A DNA stretch of 64,000 nt from Nemertoderma westbladi (taxonomy: Eukaryota; Animalia; Xenacoelomorpha). Both the position numbers and the translations under genes were made by a program. Each line of letters begins with the position of its first letter. Position 1 is the stretch's first letter. The stretch is from contig JAUCBJ010000087.1 of the NCBI GenBank assembly GCA_032718475.1, positions 1-64,000 of the forward strand, given 5' to 3'. Under the pieces are notes generated by a model. That model searched no databases. It saw only the letters and a program-made list of their open reading frames with translations, and had not been told where the DNA came from. Below are positions 36,834 to 48,534 of the stretch, piece after piece.

Positions 36834-38460
36834 ATATGAAGTAATCTCACTTAAATGTAATAGCCCATTAGCAGTAAACAGTAGAGTCAGCTCACCGTAA
36901 TATCAGTGAGTTAGCTAAACTCTAAGAGTTTTATGGGCATTACAATGTTAGTGAGAGGTAGGGGTAACCCAGTTCCTACGACCATTACCACTACCATTAC
37001 CGCAAAAAGTAACTACTGTACAATCCCTGTGAAGGACAACTAGTTTCGTTACCACTGCATACCAGCACTGATAGTTTTCCCGAAGTGTTTCGTAAAATTC
37101 TTGGTATACCCAGCCAAATCGTTCCAACCGTTTAAATGATCATTCGAGACAACCACCATCTTTATCGAAAGAAATTGAATATGAATGGTACCGAGATTAT
37201 TCATATGATGAGACAGTGTAGAGGTAGTGAACCGTATTCAATGGTCATGATTGAAACTGAAGCTCAGGCTTTTAGGATACGAATAAATATTCATGACACG
37301 GAATTAAATCGCATAATAACATATGGCACTAGTTAATCTGTAGTCAATATCAGAAAACTTGGAGACTCCTTCTTTTCTTTATTACCTAATTCTAGTATCA
37401 CTCATGATGGATCCAGTAGACTGCAATTTGAGGAATCTATGGAATTCGATGTCGAACCCCAACATGACCATGACCAACCTCCTCAGGACCAACTAACTGT
37501 AATCGTCCAAAGAAAGGGGTAGCTGCTGTCTGTGATAATTGTAAACGAAACTCAACAATAATTTATGATCTCGATATTCATTTCCTCCCTGGGGTTTTTA
37601 AAGGAAATAAATATGGTGCAGTTAACCCTTCCAAAGTTGTGCACTGAATGTTCAATTTACCTGTCTGATCATCGAGTAATGGAGAGAGAGTGGTATAAGT
37701 ATATTTGGCCTAGTCTGGTGTGGTCTCTTTTACATACTGAGAAAGAAAATTACTATCTTCTTCCCGATCAATTCTGGTCTGTATTGCCATACACAATTCG
37801 TGATATATGGAAAAGTATTGTAGGACATGAAGAAATATTAACCGTGTTTGTACAAAACTCACGAGTGCTACATCATAGAACCAATACTTGCGACAAAGGA
37901 TCTAGGTTTTCTGAAAGAAGCCATGGAATTAGTTTCGTTTTTTTTAGAATATTAATGCCTGCGAGGGCCATGAAGGGCAACTTAAAACTCAATAAAATTT
38001 TGTGTACAGGTATTTGGGATGGTTTCCAACCTAATCCGCATTGGTTCATTTGAAATATTTAATGAGTAATACAATTTTATATGTGCACGAAAAGTACCGA
38101 AAAGTCTCATTTTTTGAAATTTTGGAGTCTGAGAGGGACATGAAAACCAAGTCCAAAAATAAAAAAAAAATCGCATACAACGTTTTTAGATGGCATATCA
38201 CATTTTCCATACTGGTTCAACAGTAAATTCGATAAAAAGTAAAAAATGACCAACCTAATAAACAGTGTTGAACATTTTAGTCGCAAAAAAAATAAAAAAT
38301 AAACAAAACCCGAATTTTAAGTAAAAAATCATCATTCCTGAACAATTTTGATTTTGGCACTCGTGTTGTTCTTTCAAGACAGGAACGATAATTGTGAGTG
38401 AATAATACCAAACCAATAAAGGGCTTAAATAAGAAGAGTCTATCTTTTATCTTTTGCCGT

Positions 38461-38632
38461 CTTTTGCAAAGACGGCAATGATGTCCAGGTGGGATCGAAC
38501 TGGTGACCTCCGGGTTGGAAGCCTGATGCTCTAACCATTCAGCTAGCGAGCTGAATGGTTAGAGCATCAGGCTTCCAACCCGGAGGTCACCAGTTCGATC
38601 CCACCTGGACATCATTGCCGTCTTTGCAAAAG
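38461..38632. repeat. Near-perfect palindrome of two tRNA-Gly(TCC)-like SINE heads
   Basis: 84-bp arms 38461-38544 / 38549-38632. A box AGCTGAATGG, loop CTTCCAA, B box AGTTCGATCCC. Confidence 0.85.
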
Positions 38633-39599
38633 CTGTGCCCAACAAAAAAAGTTATAATAATATGAAGCCACTCATTCACCCATAACACCAATAATAATTA
38701 AGATGGGTGATGACAGTGGATGTAATATTGGCAATTATATTTAGTTACAATTGTACAATTACAATAGTTACAATTATTATCTTTTTTTTAAATTTTTATC
38801 AATTTTTGAAATTTAAAATTTTTTAAAACTTTTGAATTTGTTTTTATTTTGAAAATTTAGAAAAAAATTCGAAAAAATTTAAAAATTTAAAAATATTTTT
38901 ATATTTTATTTTTCGATTTCCATGATTTTGACAAAATTTTCAAATTTTTGTCTATAGCCGGATCTCAGTTCTGGAAAATTTTTATTTAGCCGAGCTCAAA
39001 GGGTTAAAGTGCTAATATAGGAGCGGCCAGATGTTCAGTAGTAGTTATAATTAGTTCGATATTCTAATCACACATGACGAAAGTCCCTTACACATAATAG
39101 GTATTTGGGATGCTGATCACGAATATGACACTGAAATTTGCCACCAATCTTCTTCAACATCATTAATTCGAGGACGTGGCCATGTTCAGTGCAATGTAAC
39201 TGAACATGATGCCAGTGCAGTTGATGTACAATTGTCATCTACATCAACACAAAGTTATCGACATGGACATGGGTGCGCCAGTGGTAGGAGCATTGGTCTA
39301 AAGATAAAATCACGCATTTGAAATACAGTACTTGGTATTTTGATATAATCAAATACATAAATATACATATTGAAATACTGAATGACAATCACATTATACT
39401 TTTCGAAATACTGAATGATTATTATCGAAATTCTAAAGGACATTTATATACCGTACTTATCGAAATAATACTGAATGAAATATCTTACTTATATTTTTTT
39501 AATGTTTTTCAGGCTGTTGCCTAAGTAATTTTTGATTTAAGTTCTATTTTACATGCAATTTTATTTTTGGAAGTTGAACCTTGATATGCTTCTAAGTGA

Positions 39600-41288
39600 A
39601 TATCTTTCCACAAACATGTGCTCATGGTCCTCCTCGATTTGTTCTACTCGCATCCAAAATGAATCGCATAATAATTTCGCATCCGTAATGAAGATGTTGG
39701 AGCTTCAACCTGTTCTCCGATTGCTACCCAGTTTATTGATTCCGATGACAATACCTTTATTGATCTTCCTAAGGAAAACATGCAACCTGATGAACCTGAA
39801 GGAATATGTTGTCTGACTCAAATGCTGGCGCCGTCGAACAATGCACCAGCTACTGGTACATTCTTTGAAGAAGTTCTCCCATCGAACAATGCACAGCTAC
39901 TGGTACATTCTTTGAAGAAGTTCTCTGTTTTCAAGTTCCGGAGCTTTGGTTCTCCCAAGCTTGACAATAGAACAAAATCGCCTCCGCTTTGCAGGACATT
40001 GCTTTCGCCGTGAGGACCAGGCAGTGCATAATCTTGTACTTTGGCAGCCTCATGGAGTGAATAAGCAGCAGCCTCATGGAGTGAATAAGCATGGTGGACA
40101 GCCCATGACTTTCTTGAGACGCATCTTAATGGACACTGGCCTTGAAGATGCGGATGATCTAGCAAATTTCATGGGTGATAGGTAGTTGTGGCAGCGCATT
40201 TTTGTCAACAAGCCGGCACAGCATTCTTAAAAATGCAGCTGCAATGCAGCATGCCGATCCTAGTAGTAGTAAGTTCCAGAGAACAATGAGGGGGAACAAG
40301 AACCCCAACACATTTGTCAACCATGTAACGATACCTTAACCAATGTTTTGTTAAGTTTAATGGAAAGGTTTGAGAATGACGATAAATACACTTGTATTGA
40401 AATAGTAAGAGGACATGCTATGGTTGATTTCGGGGGGCCCAAGAAGGGAACTATTTACTTTGTTCTTCACTAATCAACCTGCTTGTTACAATTGTCACAA
40501 TTTAGATAAGCTTGGCATGTTTCTAAATCTTGGAAAGTTAACCGCTATTAGTCTTCTTAATAGATCGTCGGGCCCTCATTTCTTTACTCCTTCTGTAGCT
40601 TGAGCAATATTGGATATCCCATCCGAAGTTGATATTTCAGAGGTGCCTCGTGAAGACAAACTGTATGATAAACTACAAGTTATTCAAAGTATTGATGATG
40701 AAACGGAGTTTAAAAATTGCATTGGTGATTTTCCAGAGCGTTTTGACATGGGTCTTACTAAAGCAAGTTTAGATTTACAAGACAAAAATTATGTGTAAAA
40801 AATCTACTATTTCTAAACATATAGTTGGTAGTTCGGTATGGGAAGAAATAATGATGTACCGTCGAGGTTTGAAAGCTTTTGGTGTGTATGATGCTCTATT
40901 GAGATTTCCCGAGGATATTATGAAACTTTTTACTTATCAGGATGTTACATATCAACAGGCTAGAGCATGCTTTGAACCTATCTTTCAGGCAACCCCATGA
41001 AGCGCAGAGAGTGAGAAAGAGGCTCTGATTTGTTACAGATTTAATTCATTCCTGAAGAAGGTTGGTGAAAAGAAAATATATGTTAATGATATCACAGGTT
41101 CAGAAAATCCTCTTGATCTAAGTCAGGTATTGCAGTTCGCCAGCGGCTCATCCAAATTGGTGTGTAATACATGCGATCCGGCTCTCGTTTTTCAACTCAA
41201 TGATCGTTATTTGTCTGGGACTACGAAGGACTTTCATAATAACTTTTCAGATGATATTATTTGTGGTACTGGTTTTGGAATTGCTTAA
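39600..41288 (+). pseudogene. HECT-domain E3 ligase (G2E3-like), degraded; HECT portion ~40380-41288
   Basis: GGPRRELFTLFF, LGKLTAISLL..SGPHFF, YRRGLKAFGVYD, QVLQFASGS, CNTCD (catalytic Cys), terminal GTGFGIA*. Several frameshifts and stops; 5' boundary uncertain. Confidence 0.75.
39945..40270 (+). mobile_element. RTE LINE (family A) 3' fragment
   Basis: EQNRLRFAGHCFRREDQAVHNLVLWQPHG, (TAG)n tail, flanks AAGTTCCGGAG / AAGTTCCAGAG. Confidence 0.85.
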
Positions 41289-41527
41289 CTATTTATTTTA
41301 TATTAATTCTAAAATTACAATTTTTTAATTTACAACTTCATTATTATGCGGGGGGGGGGGGGGGGGAGCCAATGTTACGAATTTATGGACAGCAGCCAAA
41401 TATAATAATAATAGACCATCTTAGTTAACAGAGAAACACAATACATTTTAAACATTTAAACAATATTATAAAGTTATGCATTTTCCCGAATAAATTCTTG
41501 ATATCCGCCCTCTATGTGGGTGGTCGA

Positions 41528-42455
41528 TTAGGTAAAGCGCAGTATTTGTACAGTCCTGCAATGAGGAGCACCGTTCGGGTGAAAAAGCGTTACCCCTAGA
41601 CCCTGGTCACTCAAAAGACTAACTGTGTTTTCGCATATTGGCACATCACAAGTTAAGTTACGTAATAAATTTAAGTCTTCACTCTCAATTGGATGGAGGT
41701 AATTTGGGATGTCCAAGTACAGAATAATCGGTTTTCCGGGTTTGGAAAGTGTTCTGCTCTTTCTAATTCTATGTGTATTCCACAGTTCTTTCATGGAGTT
41801 TAGAGTGCGTTGTAAATAACTCATAAATGAGTAGCGCAATATTTCAATGTGTAATTGATTGGATGAATCAATTATTCTTTCAGTTTCCAACCAGTTAAAA
41901 TGCATCATCCATGTGCTCACGCCAAGCTGTGGAAACTTCGACCATCAACTTTCAATGCGTTGATTGCATGAGCTTTTTCCATAAAGATAAGTAGAATCAT
42001 AACAGCTCTCCTGTCTTCGTGTTGTGTTCGTAGAAAATGCTGCATTGTTTCCACATTGACATTCTCAGTGCCACAATCTGATCTAATTAAATGTGGCACC
42101 CCGTTAAGTTGTTCGACAACACAGAAAAAGTAATTTCCAACCACAAACGGGTCATTATTTGTTGACGCACAATCAAGCCACATAATTTTGCCGCTGTATC
42201 CATCTGTACAACCATGAACAGCGAAACCATAAACTTTAAGTTTGTCCCAACCATCTATATGATACATGTAGTTGGGCCCAAGCGCATTGTAAGTACGTCT
42301 TACAGTTTTATTACGGATCCTTTGCTAACACTGATCGGATCGAGTGATCGATGAATAATTGAAATAACTTCTTCTCTTACGAATATGGTATTTCTTAAGG
42401 AGTTTTTCTCGTGGTCATAAACAAATAGTACCCGTGATAACGTTGGCCTATTAAG
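41528..42455 (-). pseudogene. Integrase-core DDE transposase of IS3EU / IS481-like type, frameshifted
   Basis: RRTYNALGPNYMYHIDGWDKLKVYGFAVHGCTDGYSGKIMWL, TNNDP, PHLIRSDCGTEN, YGKSSCNQRIESWW (shifted frame), ELWNTHRIRKS. Confidence 0.85.
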
Positions 42456-42676
42456 TTTATAAATATTCCTAATTTATTTTGCTTGAAAAAATATTCCAAA
42501 TTTTTTTTTCTGAAAAAATATTCCTAATTTGTTCTCACAGCAAATATTTTAGGCATATTTTTTATGGCCCCAAATCACCACCATATAAAATATAATTTGC
42601 CTTATTAAATTGTATTATTGTAAATTAATTCCGATCACAAATAAATTTCAAAGCACTGAATAGGCCTACATACATA

Positions 42677-44620
42677 TCAAACTCTCCCGAACCCAGCCCC
42701 TACTCAAAGTAAGAATTTACAAGTAAAACATTCATATCAATTATCCGAACTGATATGAAGTGGGATCATAAGTTGATAAGCACATGTCGAGTATGTAATG
42801 CGACAATGGCAACCTGTCGGACACTCTTTAAACATTACGCTCAATCTAGGAACAAATGTGGGGTTGTGAGATCCAAACAACCAATGAAGCAAGTGCTTCT
42901 TAGTTAAAAGGAAACTTCCACTATTCAAACTCATGTCATCGTCCAGCTTCTCTAGTTAGTTGCCACCCCAAAATAGGATATCGTCTTCGTGAAAATATCT
43001 GTTCGATCCAGTCTCAGACTGATTTAAATAAAGAGCCTCATCCCAAAACTCACCGATGAACACCTTAAATGGGCAATATAGGCACTTATAGAGTAGCTGA
43101 GGGGAGATATCCCTATCCGCCAAACAGTTCTGAAACCCCTCCTTCATGGAATCAATGGTGGTTTTATTTGCGATCAGCACAGCTGATCAGCAGTCAGCAG
43201 GTCAGAAGTCTTCCTGTTGTCACTTGCACTACCTGCCCCAATAATAATACCAAGTTCACCACAAGAATATCGCAGCTCGTCGCTTACTCGGCCCAACAGA
43301 ATCTCTTCAACCATAGGGGGAACTTCGTCAATAGATTCAACGTAACTTAAACAACTAGAATCTTCCCCGTACATATCAATACGGGCCACTATGCGCCAAT
43401 ACGGGCCAATATGCATTATACTAATAGTCTGCTCCCCATGGAGTAACGAAATAGCTAACATCTTTCCTAAGGCTAAGAATTGTCCATTTGCTACATTCGA
43501 AACGACAGCAGCTGAAGGAACAACAAATTGACCAAGGACAATGAACAGTAGCGACGATGGCAACAAGTTTATTAAAGATCCAAAAAAATCCCTCCTTAAA
43601 CCACCTTGGTCGCAACCAGATTCACCTTGAAAATAAATCGCCAATTTTTTATTGGGATTTATCCTTTCAATAGCCTTTAGACCATCTTCTAAGAGAAACC
43701 ACCGGCGAATACGAATTTTTTGGAGCTCATCAAGGTCAGTAAATCCAGGTGCATTCTCATCGTAAACATAATTAAACTGTAGTCGCTTTAATATTTCAAA
43801 ATCTCCCTGGGTAATGACTGTCTGAGAAATGGGCACAATGGCCGCACCCACACTCTCCCTTGCTGAAGCATATTCTTCTGTCATTTCCCCCATTGAATCA
43901 AAACTGACATCAAGTAAACTGGAGTTATCAATAGGTTGGAAAGGATGATCTGACTCCTCCCTCATAAACCTACTCCAGGAGATATCATCGCGCTGTTCCG
44001 GGAGCTGCTTTGGCTTTCACTCTGGTCGTGGTTGTCCGATGGTTGAAATGCATCAGAGTCACCACTACTATCAATCAATTGTACGTAAATCGGTATCTTC
44101 TGTGGATAAAAACATCGAAATGCTTCGGCTGAAAATTTGAAATCATTACTAACACTGACTGATAAGCGTGATTACTTTCTCGACAACTTTAACAAACCGA
44201 AATTCCGTTCCATCTCCACAACATGATGGTGGAGACAATAGACAGTTTCTTGTCTTTTCTTTGTCTTCACCATCGCCACTCCCATATCATATAGCAGAAT
44301 GTTTGATGATAGTATCTTTAGAGAGTGTACACCTGGTTTCCCCGGAGAGGAACTGTCAAAGAACTACTAATGTTTTATGGGCAATAGATCTGACCGGTCT
44401 TCCTCGTTGGCATTGTACTGTTGTACTCCTATTATTGTTGCTGGTACTTCGTATTTGCATATTTGATGCGCTTGGAAAAACAACTTCCGTAGTTCTTCGC
44501 CTGAAACCTGCGTTTGGACGCGGCAATCCCTCTTGATATGGTGAAAAAGTACGCTGTAATTCCGAATGGATACCAGCTCCGGAATCCTCTATTAACCTCA
44601 AGTCTTCTACCTACATGCAC
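42677..44620 (-). pseudogene. Second HECT-domain E3 ligase, degraded
   Basis: IYFQGESGCDQGGLRRDFF, FLALGKMLAISLLHG, IDSMKEGF, LLHWLFGS, YSTCAYQLMIP (catalytic Cys), terminal GAGFGRV*; frameshifted. Confidence 0.78.
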
Positions 44621-44672
44621 TACAATAATTATAGACTTTAATTCATTGATGATTTAAAGTTCTCTATATTAA

Positions 44673-46728
44673 CCCTATTAGTACTGGGCTATAAAATGTT
44701 GTACAAATACTAAAATCTCCAAATTTTTACAAAAATGTCTGATTTTTTGTTTGTACGTAGGTATCACTAGTCTGGATCCAGCCGAAAAAAAAATTTCGAA
44801 AAAATGTACTGGGGTGGTTATATTGCAGCACCAAAATTACAAGTAGTGCACAATTTTCACAAAATTTGAAAGTTACATTTTTCGGCTAATTGTTTTTCAA
44901 TACCGGTTTTCTGGGGCGCAAAATACATTGGAAAATATTTAAAAATGATATGATTACTATAAATGGCTGTTTAGTCCTCTCTGCGTAGGAAAAAAATGAA
45001 ACAAACATGTAACCAGCACTTTTCAGTTAGAACACAAAATTTTTAATTAACTTATACGATGCTATAAATTCACATTTTCAGGTTTTCTAGGGCGCTAATT
45101 CTAATGGAATACACTTCTAATATGCCAGATCATTGCTACTTGTATTTTTCGGCATAATTTGGCAAATTTTGGTGCTAGCACCAAATTTCGTACCCATCAC
45201 CAAAAAGTACAAGTTTGCGAAGTTCAGTGCTGTTTTTATTGATTCCATCGGATTCAGGACCCTCATAAACCCGTATAACGCAAGAAACAAGATGATACTA
45301 TCTACTGTTCAATTTGCTTATTTTCCAAAATTTGGTGCTGGCACAACAATTTTCACCCACCGGCGAAAAATACAAGTTTGAAAAGTCTTATGAAATTTTT
45401 ACTGATTCCATTGAATTCAGAACCCTCACAAACCCGTATAAAGCAAGAAACAAGGTGACACAATCAATTGATATATTTGATGGTTTTCAAAATTTGGTGC
45501 TAGCACCACGTACCTCTAAAACGCAAGAAATAAATTGTCACAAGCAATTTTATCTATTGAATGGATTTTCAAAATTTCGTGCTAGCACCAAAATTTGCAC
45601 ACAGCACCGAAAAATACACGAATACGCATGGTGCAACCCCAATTGTGTAAAAAACAAGTTTCAAAAAAATAAAATTTGGTGCTGGCACCAAAAACTGCCG
45701 AAAAAAACAAGTTTGAAATTTCTAAATCAATTTATATGAATTCCATCCAATTGCTAACACCAAAAAACCAGTGTTCTTGTTAATGTTACAATCCATATTT
45801 AATGAAATAGGGAGGGGGGGGTTGCGCAGCAGCAACTCTACAATCGAATTCAATTTATTAATGAGCATTTGTTGTTACAAGCACAGCTTCTACTAAATAA
45901 AGTGGAGAGGGCTGCTAAGGAGGTTGGATTGCACATCAATGCTACAAAGACCGAATTCATGACCTTTAATGTTGATGGAAACTTGACAACCATTGATAAT
46001 AATCAACTAAGGAAGGTCAATGACTTCCAGTACCAGATTATGATTCTGTGGGCACTGCTGGCGAAGTAAAGACAAGGTCATACCAGATCTACTTCTCTGG
46101 CAACCAACTCATGGAAAGCGTAGTCGTGGACGACCGGCCATAACATATATAGATCAACTTGAAAGGGATACTGAACTTGGGAGAAACGAAATTGGGACAA
46201 CTATGGAGAATCGGGAAGCCTGGAAGGATCTCATTTCCACTGTCCGAGTTCGGTAGACCTAGTAGTAGTAGTAGTTACGTACTGGAGTTTTTTTTTGTGT
46301 CGGTTCCTGCATTGCAGCATTCAATCCAAGGTTAAACATTATATTTATTAATTACTATTTAAATTTAATAAAGGAATATGAGAGTTTTTTTTAACGATAA
46401 ATTCAGCATTCGGATTAGTTTTTGTAATTTTATATTTTTTTGGAGATGAACTGGTTAGTTAAGTTTATGGGAGAGTGGAGAGTAATTGTTTTTTGTATGA
46501 GGCAGAAAAACAGGGTTTTGAATTCTTAAGTTTAAATTTGTTTGGTATTGCAATCCCAATCATCGCAAAGATTTATCACATCCATGTAGGAGATAGCATA
46601 AAACTTTAATTATATATAAATGTATAATTAATAATGTCTACCTGTTAATAAATTTCACTTATATTCGAAATAGTAAAAGAAAATGTTTAAAAGAATATTG
46701 ACCCCCCCCCCCCCCGGGTTTAATAGGG
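44673..46728. mobile_element. Non-autonomous piggyBac-like element
   Basis: TTAA|CCCTATTA...TAATAGGG|TCAA. Internal degenerate repeats with GGTGCTAGCACC (45165-45770). Confidence 0.7.
45865..46275 (+). mobile_element. RTE LINE (family B), internally deleted 3' fragment
   Basis: AQLLLNKVERAAKEVGLHINATKTEFM..VNDFQY; LLWQPTHGKRSRGRP; (TAG)n tail. Related piece at 59345-59455. Confidence 0.8.
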
Positions 46729-46916
46729 TCAAGGGAGACTTTAATTCATTGATGATTTAAAGTTCTCTATATTAAGGGAGACATTAATTCAATGAGTCGA
46801 ATTAAAATCTCCTATAATGGGAGAAATTAATTCTAAATAGATGATAAAAATGTTAGGGAATATAAAAACCAAATGTATGCCATATCCTGCGCAAACCAGG
46901 AATAAATGAGTACTGG

Positions 46917-47605
46917 TTGACTCATTCACTCATTTCTTTATCATACTTCCCATCTTTTATGTCTCGGGATCGATATAAAGACATACTTCACTATTTGCAC
47001 TTTTCAGACCCTAAAACTTATTTCCCAAATGACTGCTCAACATTTTTAACGGATTTTCTAAATATTCTACATAAAATCGTATCATCATTCGTTCCTAATA
47101 ATGAATTATGTCTCATTGAGTCCTTGTTACTTTTCAAGGGTCGCTTACATTTTAAGCAATTCATATGTATAAAAAGAGCAAGCATAAAACTATTCATGCT
47201 CTGTGACATAGAGGGAAACCTGCTGTCCACAATTGTATATCATGGTGCTACGACGGCAATCGAGTGTACTGAAGCGTATTCATGGGAGTTAGCGAAGTTG
47301 GAGAAGGTGGTAATTTCTCTTTTGAAAGTAGCCAATTTGCTTTCTGTTGGATCCCCAGTGAGTTTAGATAACTGGTATTGTAGAAAAACAAATGCAACCC
47401 ATTTCGTCTGCCTTTGTTCAAAAGGATAAGGTACTTATGATTAGATTTTGTGATAAATGAATGTAATGTATATTTCATTTCATTTCGACCATAGATAGTC
47501 CCACTCTCATCGAAAAGACCCATCATTTACCAAAAGAAACCATCTCATACAATAAACCCTCTCTGATTGATATGTATAACCACTGCATGGGAGGTGTTGA
47601 ATTAA
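46917..47605 (+). pseudogene. piggyBac (PGBD4-like) transposase fragment
   Basis: MSRDRYKDILHYLHFSD, LCLIESLLLFKGRLHFKQF (catalytic D lost), IKLFMLCD, LDNWY, downstream KPSLIDMYNHCMGGV. Confidence 0.85.
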
Positions 47606-48534
47606 CCTAATATTCTAGAAAACTACAATAATAATACTATTATTTAGAAATATTTTTATCTGTCGGGGGGAATGCTGAATGTGGCCATAAATATATAATA
47701 TATTTCTTATAATATATTTCTTACCTCCTGATTATATTACCGTTTTTAATTCATCTTAAATCGCGTTAGCTGACTTCCACTTATTAACTTAATGCTATGT
47801 GGACCAGAATGATGGTTGTTTTTCTGATGGACGTTATTATGTCACAAGCCCAAACCCAAGTCCTGTTTAGTAGAGAAACATGATGATGTCTCTACCTCCG
47901 TTACTGGTCCTTGTCCCACTATAGCACCTGATAAGCGATGATGAATTGGATCGTCCTTATTAACTAGACCTATGTCGTTATCCTCCTCATTATCTATAAC
48001 ATACTCCATGTACCCCTCCACAGTTTTTGGGACATCACACTCAATTTCTTCGCATCCGAAATCTGAGTTGGTTTGGGCTTGACGAAATTGCGATGTCGCA
48101 CTGAAAAAAATTAGTTTTCATCGGTTTGGTGGTGTAGAATTGAGTTCGTCGTATGCAAGAGCTTTAAATATGTATCATCCATTGGTATTACTATATTAAT
48201 CAATGTGCCGTAAAGCTGTAAAGGGTGCAATAGAAACCAAGATCTAAGATAGTTTTAAGCACGGTGTAGCGACATGACACGCCTTGCTTCTTTGCGTGTC
48301 ACTTTCACAGCTCTCTCTCAGTGCACTCTGACCTTGCTACAACACCGTAATAAACAGTACACTGGAAAAGTGTGCTGAAGGCGAAGTTAGAGCGAAAAAA
48401 AAACACTGCAAATGTTTTTACAGCAATATTTTAACAACATACATTACTCTATTCAGTTCTTGTTCCAGGAATAGTTAAGGAATTGTTCCAGATTGAATGG
48501 CATTGGAGGCACTCCAATTTTGTGTTTATGGGTA

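Noticed and set aside
42563-42585. Right TIR (..CCACCATA) pairing with TATGGTGG at 35208
   Set aside because: Only 8 bp exact, the flanks (CTCCAG vs TAAAAT) give no TSD, and it would cut off the integrase N-terminus. Not accepted as an element boundary.
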